From the NCBI GenBank assembly GCA_019057865.1, contig JAHLWP010000001.1, positions 64,001 to 128,000 of the forward strand: a stretch of DNA of 64,000 bases. The letters are read 5' to 3'. Origin of the DNA: Promethearchaeota archaeon. Lineage in GTDB: Archaea > Asgardarchaeota > Lokiarchaeia > Sigyniarchaeales > SOKP01. The stretch's first letter is position 1. Every line of letters starts with the position of its first letter. The notes beneath the pieces are model-generated. The model was not told where the DNA came from and searched no databases. It worked only from the letters and a program-made list of their open reading frames with translations. Shown in pieces: positions 19,967 through 28,015 of the stretch. A program made the position numbers and the translations under genes.

Positions 19967-20851
19967 TTAATCCTCTTTTTCTTTATCTAATAATTCCTTT
20001 TCCTTTAATATTTTTTCTTTCATATATTCAAAATATTCTGGACCATCCATAAGTAATTCTTTATCCTCCTCAAAATCTTTTAACTCTAATTCTGCAAACC
20101 ATCCTTGTTGATAACAATCTTGATTCATCCATTCAGGATGTTCTTCTAACGCTTTATTGACAGCAATAATTTTTCCTGAACCAGGAGATATTAATTGCAA
20201 TACTGTTTTAACAGATTCAAAAGAACCAACATCATCGAATTGTTCAATTTCTTGACCAATTTCGGGTAATTCTACAAACATTATATCACTTGACTGATTT
20301 TGCAGATAATCTGTAATACCAATTAGAGCTCTATCACCATCTGGTTTGATCCAACAATCATTTTCATTGAAGAAATATCCCTCTTTAGGAACTTGAAAAT
20401 AGAATTTATCCACAGTAATATCAAAAAAATCCATCCTTTCTGTCTTAGCTACGATAACAATATCTTCTTTTTCGCTTACTTTTAGTTCCTCTAAAAACCC
20501 CTTAGCAATCATTTCAGCTAATTTCTTGGCATTTTCACTCAATTTTAAACTCGTCCCAGGTTTTATTTTTAACTTTTTTAACATATCGGGGATAAATATT
20601 CGTTTGTAAATTTTTTGATTTCGCTCTTCGATTAATTTTGTAGCACATCTTGTCATACAACCATCTATTACAATAGTTCTAGATTCTCTTAAATTAGATT
20701 CATATTTCTCATCGCCCGTATTCAGCAAAACTGGACAAATTAAATTCAAAGCAGGTTTTTTTTCAATTAGATTAAGTGCTACTACTCTCGCAATTACCCC
20801 TAGTGATTTATCTAGACCGTTGCAAGGTAAAACACATAACTGTTTATCCAT
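19967..20851 (-). CDS. DGC domain fused to a glycine-cleavage H-like lipoyl domain
   Basis: N-terminal PCNG...ICP...IDGCMTRCA; C-terminal IGITDYLQ, FESVKTV (lipoyl Lys), SPGSGKIIAVN, MNQDCYQQGWF. Confidence 0.88.
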   Translation of the reverse strand: MDKQLCVLPCNGLDKSLGVIARVVALNLIEKKPALNLICPVLLNTGDEKYESNLRESRTIVIDGCMTRCATKLIEERNQKIYKRIFIPDMLKKLKIKPGTSLKLSENAKKLAEMIAKGFLEELKVSEKEDIVIVAKTERMDFFDITVDKFYFQVPKEGYFFNENDCWIKPDGDRALIGITDYLQNQSSDIMFVELPEIGQEIEQFDDVGSFESVKTVLQLISPGSGKIIAVNKALEEHPEWMNQDCYQQGWFAELELKDFEEDKELLMDGPEYFEYMKEKILKEKELLDKEKED

Positions 20852-20863
20852 TATGCATCACAT

Positions 20864-21175
20864 CTACTTATTTTCACTTCTAAGCTTCTTTATTAGATTA
20901 GTCGTTTCCCGCTTATCTGGGAATGATAAAGCATCAGGAGCGCAAGTTTTAGCGCACGCACGACAAAATACTACACAATTATATGGATTTTTAACAATTA
21001 ATTTTTTTTTCTCGTCATTAGTACGGGCATAAACATTATGTGGACAAAATTTATCACATTCCATGCAAAAATCACATTTCTCGTAATTAATTGTTGGCCA
21101 CCATGGGATTTGCTTTCTTGGAATTCCCATAAATGTTTCTTTTTCAGCATCATAACTCTTACTCATTTTTAACAT
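20864..21175 (-). CDS. 2x[4Fe-4S] ferredoxin
   Basis: CDFCMECDKFCP and CVVFCRACAKTC; N-terminal GIPRKQIPWWPTI. Confidence 0.88.
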   Translation of the reverse strand: MLKMSKSYDAEKETFMGIPRKQIPWWPTINYEKCDFCMECDKFCPHNVYARTNDEKKKLIVKNPYNCVVFCRACAKTCAPDALSFPDKRETTNLIKKLRSENK

Positions 21176-21545
21176 CCTCCTCTAATTTTTCCAAAGTCTT
21201 TTCAACTAAATTAACAGCTTCATCTGTAGTCATTTCGCGAATATCCAAGGGAATTAAATCTGTTTTTTCATCTAATCCTGCTTTTTTAAAAGCGTCTCTA
21301 AATAACTTATATTGCATGTTTGGAGCACATCCAGCCACCATATATTTTCGACCAGTGCGTAAATAATCATCTAAAAATCTATCGCCATCTTCTTCACACA
21401 ATTGAGGATGAATAAATCCATATTCTACAGGAAGTTCAATTCTTACACGATTAATAAAATCCCATATATCCATTGTGGCAAATCCAGGGCATTTTCCAGT
21501 ACAAACACACATAATGAATCCAATTTCTTTTTTTGTATTGTTCAA
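21159..21545 (-). CDS. Stand-alone HdrA N-terminal-domain-like Fe-S protein
   Basis: MCVCTGKC...QLC...VAGCAP...F...DIRE mirrors the HdrA N-terminus in this window (VCQUG...SLC...VASCTP...NIRE). Confidence 0.7.
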   Translation of the reverse strand: MNNTKKEIGFIMCVCTGKCPGFATMDIWDFINRVRIELPVEYGFIHPQLCEEDGDRFLDDYLRTGRKYMVAGCAPNMQYKLFRDAFKKAGLDEKTDLIPLDIREMTTDEAVNLVEKTLEKLEEDVKNE

Positions 21546-21665
21546 TTTATTAGCACCACCTATTAATCTCGAATTTGTTATCTTAATTTTAATAAAATTT
21601 AATTATTATTAACACAAGATTTAAATATAAAATTCGTTTATAAGTATATGTATTATTACGCATAA

Positions 21666-22001
21666 ATGCATAAAACAGATATGAAACTTGAAAATTTAAG
21701 ATTGGATTTATTAAGAGCTCTTTCCGATGAAACTAGATTAAAACTTTTAGAGTTTCTAAGGCATGGAAATGAGATTTGTGTTTGCGACATTGAAAAAGTG
21801 TTTGATAAAACTCAATCTACATTATCTAGACATTTAAAAACTCTTACTGAAGCAGACATCCTTGAAAGTAGAAGGGAAGGGAATAAAAAATTGTTTAAAG
21901 TAAAAGATACCCAAATTTTCAAGTTATTGGCAATAGTAGATAATTTAATTAAAAGAAATGAAAAATTTAAAAAAATTGTAGAACTCCAGCAAAAAATATA
22001 A
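21666..22001 (+). CDS. arsR: ArsR/SmtB transcriptional repressor (alpha3 Cys type)
   Basis: ALSDETRLKLL, EICVCDI, QSTLSRHLKTL; divergent from the DGC operon. Confidence 0.9.
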   Translation: MHKTDMKLENLRLDLLRALSDETRLKLLEFLRHGNEICVCDIEKVFDKTQSTLSRHLKTLTEADILESRREGNKKLFKVKDTQIFKLLAIVDNLIKRNEKFKKIVELQQKI

Positions 22002-22016
22002 AATGAAGGTGTTAAA

Positions 22017-22310
22017 ATGGTTCAACAAGAGAGTGAACTTCAAAAAGAAAATAAACTTAAAGTAGAAATTTATGTGCCTTTAAATGTATGCGCTTGCCAA
22101 TGGGAAAGATTTATGAATCTCGTTTTTCAGGTAATTACACCTTATAATAAGTATATAACATTCGATACAAAGAATTTAGATTCTGAAGAAGCAAGAAAAT
22201 TGAATTTGCATGGTAATAGTGTAGTTATTGATGGAAATGAAATCGTTACGACATCATTTGCTCTGAAGAAAAAGCTACCAGAAATATTGAAGTCAAAAGG
22301 TTTGATTTAA
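22017..22310 (+). CDS. Small thioredoxin-fold / ArsD-like Cys protein
   Basis: KVEIYVPLNVCACQW...VVIDGNEIV: beta strand, Cys pair and a thioredoxin-like C-terminal strand. Confidence 0.55.
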   Translation: MVQQESELQKENKLKVEIYVPLNVCACQWERFMNLVFQVITPYNKYITFDTKNLDSEEARKLNLHGNSVVIDGNEIVTTSFALKKKLPEILKSKGLI

Positions 22311-22311
22311 T

Positions 22312-22788
22312 TTGAGTAAAAAAGATATCCACGCAGAAAACATTGTCTTAATACCATGTTCAGGTTCAGAATATCATGGTGAATTAGCACGACAGGTAGC
22401 AATACGATTGGCGGAGAAAAGTAAAATAGCTTCTATTAGCTCATTGACATGCTCCACTATTTTTCTTAAAAATGTATTATTAGAAAAAGAACAATTAGTT
22501 GAAATTACCAAAAATCATCTCAAACATTCCTTTATTATTATTATTAACGGATGTAACACAGCCTGTGTAAGTGTAATTTATAAACATCTTGATATTGTAC
22601 CAGATTTGATTATTTCCGTCCAAGCTATCATCCCTAAGCAACGTATGAATTTAAATGATCTAAATACTTTTAAGAATCTACCTAAATTAAGCGAAATTAA
22701 AGAGGAGGATATAAGAAAGGTACTTGAGTATATTCTTCAAGAAATACAGAAACAAGGGCTTAATATTGATAAATTCGATGAAAATTAA
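22312..22788 (+). CDS. DGC-like domain protein
   Basis: LIPCSG...LTC...INGCNTACV. Confidence 0.7.
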   Translation: MSKKDIHAENIVLIPCSGSEYHGELARQVAIRLAEKSKIASISSLTCSTIFLKNVLLEKEQLVEITKNHLKHSFIIIINGCNTACVSVIYKHLDIVPDLIISVQAIIPKQRMNLNDLNTFKNLPKLSEIKEEDIRKVLEYILQEIQKQGLNIDKFDEN

Positions 22789-22869
22789 TATTTGATTTTA
22801 AAAATTTTTATCTTAACAAGAAGTAATTATAACGTAATTAATAAAAAACTAAAAACTGCTATAAGAAAT

Positions 22870-23208
22870 TTACTTTCGTCGAAAATATTTGGAAATATAA
22901 TTTACAAAATTACTCCCAAAATCATAATCTTTAAAATCTGTAGTTGAGCAAGTTGATTTAGATTCTTTATCAAAAAATATCCTACTGAAACCTAGACGAT
23001 CATAATGTGCTCTTCGTTCTGGGTCACATAAGGTTTCATATGCTTCATGAATCTCTATAAACTTTTCTTTTGCTTTTAGATCTTTTTTATTCTTATCAGG
23101 ATGATATTTTTTTGCCAACCGTCGATATGCTAATTTGATCTGGATTTTGGAAGCATCTCGGCCTAAACCAAGTAACTCATAATAATCTCGGTTTTTGAAT
23201 GAATTCAT
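22870..23208 (-). CDS. J-domain-only (DnaJ-like) protein
   Basis: [32 protein letters not shown]; no zinc finger or C-terminal domain. Confidence 0.88.
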   Translation of the reverse strand: MNSFKNRDYYELLGLGRDASKIQIKLAYRRLAKKYHPDKNKKDLKAKEKFIEIHEAYETLCDPERRAHYDRLGFSRIFFDKESKSTCSTTDFKDYDFGSNFVNYISKYFRRK

Positions 23209-23332
23209 TTTAAAATAGAATTTATTTGATGATTCTAGACAAGTAAAATATACTAATTCTAAATTTAAACCTTGTTTTAAAATTATTTATATTATTAAAT
23301 GCTAGGAATTATAGATTTTAATAAAAATTTTT

Positions 23333-24244
23333 TCATAAACCCGGATCATATGTGTTAAAGGGATTTCCATAGAGTATAAGACTGATTTTTTTCTTATATT
23401 TATCACATTTACTTATATCTGGTATGTTATTTAGGGTTAAATCAAGAGATTTCAAATTTACAAAATTATCTAAATCATTTATCTCAGAAATTAAATTTTT
23501 TGATAAATTAATAGTTTCTACTGATTGAAGCTGAATTAAACCTTTGAATTCTTTAATCTTATTGTGCATAAGGTTTAGGTTTTTTAATTTTTTTTGATTA
23601 GTTAAACCTTCTATTTTCTCAGTTTTATTAAATCCTAAATTTATTGAATTTAACTCAATAAGATCTTCAAGATTTTTAATTTTTGTTATTTTGTTATGAG
23701 ATAGGTTTAAATTCCGCAATTTTAATAAACCATTTAGCCCATTAATTTCAGAGATATCATTAAAGCTTAGATTTAAATCCTCTAAATGTTTTAGCAAATC
23801 TAATCCTTCAATATTTTTAATGTTCTTTATTTTGTAATTTGTAAGTGCTAACTTTTTTATTTTTCCCTCCTGTATTATAACAGTTTTATTCTCTTTATTT
23901 AGATTTGGAAAAATTATTATTAAATTATTTAAAACTTTATAATTCAAGAATCTTTCAATCAAATCATCAAGATTATGATTATAAAATATAAACTTTGCTA
24001 GTTTTGATTGATATCTTTTATACTTACTCATATAATGCTTGATTTCATTGATTAAAAAAAGATTAAGGAATGTTTCATTATAATCTTTTATTATTTCTAT
24101 ATATTTTATAACACAGTTTAGAGAATTATCAATTTGTAATGCCCATTTAATCGGGTGTAGTGCTTTTAATGACTTATACCTCTTATTTTCATCATTACTA
24201 TTCTCGATTATATAGATTAAAGATTTATTTTGAATTTCTTTCAT
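23333..24244 (-). CDS. Leucine-rich repeat protein (SDS22-like 22-aa repeats) with a shortened HEAT-like N-terminus
   Basis: LEDLNLSFNDISEINGL-type repeats; 'KALHPIKWAL' matches the paralogs' 'RALEPMKWAL'. Confidence 0.8.
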   Translation of the reverse strand: MKEIQNKSLIYIIENSNDENKRYKSLKALHPIKWALQIDNSLNCVIKYIEIIKDYNETFLNLFLINEIKHYMSKYKRYQSKLAKFIFYNHNLDDLIERFLNYKVLNNLIIIFPNLNKENKTVIIQEGKIKKLALTNYKIKNIKNIEGLDLLKHLEDLNLSFNDISEINGLNGLLKLRNLNLSHNKITKIKNLEDLIELNSINLGFNKTEKIEGLTNQKKLKNLNLMHNKIKEFKGLIQLQSVETINLSKNLISEINDLDNFVNLKSLDLTLNNIPDISKCDKYKKKISLILYGNPFNTYDPGL

Positions 24245-24288
24245 CTAATCATAATAATTTATGGATTTTAAAAATTGTAAAATATTTT

Positions 24289-24370
24289 GGAATATATAGG
24301 ACGCAATCCTATTGTCAATCTTTTACTAGTATTTTTTTAAAAGATTTCATTCAATTTTTTTACATATTCC
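24289..24370 (-). promoter_or_regulatory. Second eukaryote-like SECIS element
   Basis: Minus strand: ggaatat-gtaaaaaattga-ATGA-A-ATCTTTTA-AAAAAATACTAG-TAAAAGAT-TGAC-a-ATAGGA-TTGCG-TCCTAT-atattcc. Perfect 8-bp stem, AUGA/GA core, A-run loop, same auxiliary TTGCR hairpin as 13887-13955. Confidence 0.85.
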
Positions 24371-24845
24371 TTTTTAATTTAAAATAATGGGCAAATATCT
24401 CATTATCTTTCCCATATCTTTTTCGAATGGTTGCTTTAAACCGTCCTATATCCAATCTATTTCTCACTTTTTCTCATCAACATCCCGAATCTGGTTGTAT
24501 ATCGATAATGCTATTTGGATATAGATTAAAATCTATATCTTCTCTTAATGGCATAAAATTCCTTGGGTTTCCCTCTTCATCTGGACCATATGGCATTAAT
24601 CCAATATCATCATAAATTTCATTTTGTTTAGGGTTCCACACGAGTTGCAGATAGTTATGGATATAATCCTTAAATATTGGGAAAATCGAATCTTGGGGGT
24701 GTTCAAAAATATATTTATCAACCATGGCTAAAGCTTGTACAAATGTGGCATTATCATCTACCTCAACAGTAAATTCCTTTCCTTTTGATAATCCCGTTAG
24801 TGGTATACTTATCTTAAACGTAATTTTCTTAATTTTTGTTATCAC
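24360..24845 (-). CDS. Beta-grasp (SAMP/MoaD-like) protein, candidate selenoprotein with Gly-Cys-Sec-Sec and a 37-aa tail
   Basis: ...NLYPNSIIDIQPDSG-TGT-TGA-TGA (24479-24474), then EKVRNRLDIGRFKATIRKRYGKDNEIFAHYFKLKRNM-TAA (24362-24360). SECIS directly follows. Start probably at or just after the GAGGTGA motif (GTG 24845). Confidence 0.78.
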
Positions 24846-24911
24846 CTCTAATTTTATATTAAAATATACAATAAAATAAAGATATAAAAAATTCATGAAT
24901 TAATTCTATTA

Positions 24912-25976
24912 TTATTTGTATTTACTGTTTGTCTCTTGATATCCTTTCCAGAAACCATGTCTACCTAAATATCTCCCTAAATAAACCAAGGATAACATTA
25001 CAGGAATTTCCCAGAATAACCCCATTGTAGTCCCTAAAGCGGCAATCGAACCTACACCATACATCGTTACAGCAACGGCAATCGCAATTTCGAAATGACT
25101 TGAAGACCCTATAAGTACCGTTATAATTGCTTGGCTATATTTCACTTTTAATACTTTAGTAACTATTATATTATACCCCACAACAATTGCAAATCCGACT
25201 AATAGGGGTACCGTAATTAAAAGCAATAAATCGGGGTTATCTATAAGCACTTGACCATTCAAGGAAAATAACACCATTAATGTCATTAATAAGGCAACTA
25301 TGGCTATAGTGGAAACAACCGGTCGGTATTTATTATGGAACCAATCTTCACCTTTGGATTTCACTAACGTTTTTTTACTAATTACGCCAAATAAGAGCGG
25401 AAGTCCGATAAATACTCCTAATGAAATCAATAACATGATTGGATCTAAAGGAATTTTCTTTTCTAAAGTAATATTTGCTATACTTACCAGAAGTGTCATT
25501 ACAGGTATATACAAAATAATTATTGTTATTGTATTTAAGCTGGTTGTAATAACATTTTGTTCTTGGTTTCCTTTTGCTAACCACCCCCATACCAAAACCA
25601 TTGCAGTACAAGGGCTACTACTTAGCAAGATAACTGCAAGTATAAGTTGCTGATTTCCTCCTAAAAATAAAAGTGCCATTCCGAGCCCTACAAATGGCGC
25701 GACAATCCAATTCGAAAAAAGTGTCAGTATGATAGGTTTTGGATTTTTTCCAAGCTTTTTTAACTCTGAGGCTTGAAGATTTAACATTGCCGGATACATC
25801 ATAAGAAATAAACAAACACCAATTGGTATAGAAATTCCGGCAATTTGCCAAGAATCAATTACTTCACTTATGCCTGGGACATACTGAGAGATAAGGATTC
25901 CGATAATAATGCATAACGCTATCCAAACTGGTAGCAATTTATCAAATACTCCAAGTTTTTTTTCTTCGTCACTCAT
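24912..25976 (-). CDS. acr3: ACR3-family arsenite efflux transporter
   Basis: LFLMMYPAM, NWIVAPF, SPCTAMVLVW, SSHFEIAIAVA, WEIPVML. Confidence 0.95.
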   Translation of the reverse strand: MSDEEKKLGVFDKLLPVWIALCIIIGILISQYVPGISEVIDSWQIAGISIPIGVCLFLMMYPAMLNLQASELKKLGKNPKPIILTLFSNWIVAPFVGLGMALLFLGGNQQLILAVILLSSSPCTAMVLVWGWLAKGNQEQNVITTSLNTITIIILYIPVMTLLVSIANITLEKKIPLDPIMLLISLGVFIGLPLLFGVISKKTLVKSKGEDWFHNKYRPVVSTIAIVALLMTLMVLFSLNGQVLIDNPDLLLLITVPLLVGFAIVVGYNIIVTKVLKVKYSQAIITVLIGSSSHFEIAIAVAVTMYGVGSIAALGTTMGLFWEIPVMLSLVYLGRYLGRHGFWKGYQETNSKYK

Positions 25977-26126
25977 CGTTTTTCATGATTAATTTTTTCC
26001 GATTTTTATTATAAATTTAAAATGATTATTTAAATTTAAATACTTCGATTTATTTTGACTAAATTCAATTTAAATACATTTTTATAGATTTGTTCATTAT
26101 AAATATTTAATACGATATGTAAAATT

Positions 26127-26549
26127 TTGAAAGTGATACAAATTAAAAGTGAAAGAAAAGCTGAAATAATTAATAGTCTGAAACTATGTTTTGATCTTCA
26201 AGATCAAGATATAGAACCTTATTTTAATACCTTAAGAGAAATTGGTATTAAATTAAATAAAAATAAAAGTTTAATAGATCTTACGAAATTCTCCAATGTT
26301 TTAGGAAATGAAACCCGTTTTAAAATTGTACAGTTGTTAAATGATAAAGATTATTGTGTATGTGAATTGGAAGCAATAATAGATAAAGCGCAATCCTCAA
26401 TTTCTCATCATTTAAAAATACTTGAACGCATGAAAATAATAAGAGGTATAAAAAGAGGTTATTTTACTCATTATGAATTAATTAAAGAACAATTTCAGAA
26501 ATATGTACAGAATTTTGAGAAATATTTTGAATTATTTAATTTTTCATAA
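26127..26549 (+). CDS. arsR: ArsR/SmtB transcriptional repressor
   Basis: LGNETRFKIV, DYCVCEL, QSSISHHLKIL; divergent from acr3. Confidence 0.88.
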   Translation: MKVIQIKSERKAEIINSLKLCFDLQDQDIEPYFNTLREIGIKLNKNKSLIDLTKFSNVLGNETRFKIVQLLNDKDYCVCELEAIIDKAQSSISHHLKILERMKIIRGIKRGYFTHYELIKEQFQKYVQNFEKYFELFNFS

Positions 26550-26713
26550 CAATTGATATCTAAAAAATACAATATACAAAAAATGAAAAAAGTTATTAGC
26601 ATAGATGAATGAAGAGATTTGGTAAAATAAAATAATAGATTGCACATATAAATAGAATATTTTTATGTAATCTATACTTTTAACCATTTAAAAAACAATT
26701 TTGATATTTTAAT

Positions 26714-27079
26714 ATGCATCTAAAGAATAAAGAAAAAATAGAAAGGTTAATTAAATTTTTTGGAATAGATAGAGATATTAATGAATATCTTGAAGATTTA
26801 GAAAGAAAAAAAGATGAGATCTTATCTAAAAGTAATTTTAATGAAAAAGTTAATTATTTTTATGCACTAGGAAATAGCGTAAGATTTTTAATTTATAACT
26901 TAATAGGAAAAAAAGAAATGTGTGTATGTGAGTTGACAGCAATTTTAAATGTATCTCAATCCACAATATCTCATCATATAAATAAATTAAAACAAGCAGG
27001 ATTAGTTTTTGGTGTTAAGAAAGGAAAATTCACCTATTATGAAATATATAAAAATATAGAGAAAAAATACCTAATTTGA
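26714..27079 (+). CDS. arsR: ArsR/SmtB transcriptional repressor
   Basis: ALGNSVRFLI, EMCVCEL, SQSTISHHINKL. Confidence 0.88.
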   Translation: MHLKNKEKIERLIKFFGIDRDINEYLEDLERKKDEILSKSNFNEKVNYFYALGNSVRFLIYNLIGKKEMCVCELTAILNVSQSTISHHINKLKQAGLVFGVKKGKFTYYEIYKNIEKKYLI

Positions 27080-27166
27080 GAACTAATTTTAGAAAGAAAT
27101 CTAAAACTTTTTTTGGAGAAAAACAAAATTATGATCAAATTTTTCTTTAATTTTAATAGAAATTTC

Positions 27167-28004
27167 TCATTCAATACAACAGCTTATAACAGATATATCT
27201 CGTTTAAAGGATTGAGCTGTAAGTTTAATCGCTTCTGACAATGTAGGAAAAACATGTATTGTGTTAATAACATCATCAAGTGTCATATGATTTTTAATAA
27301 TCATAACACCTTCATGAATTAGATCAGCCGCATTACGAGATAAAATATGAATACCTAATATTTTTTCAGTTTTCCTATTAATAACAATTTTTAATACTCC
27401 TCTATCATCATTAATGATTTTTGCTTTAGGGACAAAACTAATTGGATAGTATTGCATCTGCAAACAAATCCCTTTTGATTTACTGTAAGTTCAGTTAAAC
27501 CTATACTCCCAACTTGAGGGTCGGTAAAAATCGCGTGGGGAACCACTTTGTAATCCATTCTAATCTTTTCATTTGATAAAGTATTATTTGCAGCAATCAT
27601 ACCTTCTCTAGCAGCAATGGTTTCTAACATTGGTTCGCCTATTACATCCCCAGCAGTCCATATATTATCCATAACATTCATAAATTCGTCGACAATGATT
27701 TCTCCTTTCTTTCCTAAAGTTATTCCAATCCAAGATTTTTAGTATTTGCTCTCCTTCCCGTTGCAATTAAGAGTTGTTCTGCTTTAAAAGATAATTCATT
27801 ATTATTAAAAATTACATTTAATTTTATTTCAGAACCTTCTTTTTCAATTTTATTTATTTTAGCATTGGTGTATATTTCGAACCTCTCATCTTGCAGATAT
27901 TCTTTCAGATAATGAGATATTTCAGGTTCTTCATTTGGTACTATGTTATCTAATATTTCAAAAAGATATACCTTTGTACCAAATCGAGAAAACAATTGAG
28001 TAAA
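27167..28004 (-). pseudogene. merA: Mercuric reductase-like flavoprotein remnant (5' truncated, two frameshifts)
   Basis: Three consecutive fragments: LLIATGRRAN / AGDVIGEPMLETIAAREG...FTDPQVGSIGLTE / HVFPTLSEAIKLTAQSF...ISCCIE (C-terminal vicinal Cys). The N-terminal FAD and redox-disulfide half is missing next to the hisS stop. Confidence 0.85.
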
Positions 28005-28015
28005 GATATTCCTTT

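Noticed and set aside
21640-21670. Imperfect inverted repeat before arsR as an operator
   Set aside because: Only ~6 of 8 positions match in AT-rich DNA; not distinguishable from chance.
26583-26630. Mini-frame MKKVISIDE-UGA-RDLVK between the arsR genes
   Set aside because: Only 15 codons, no SECIS, not supportable.
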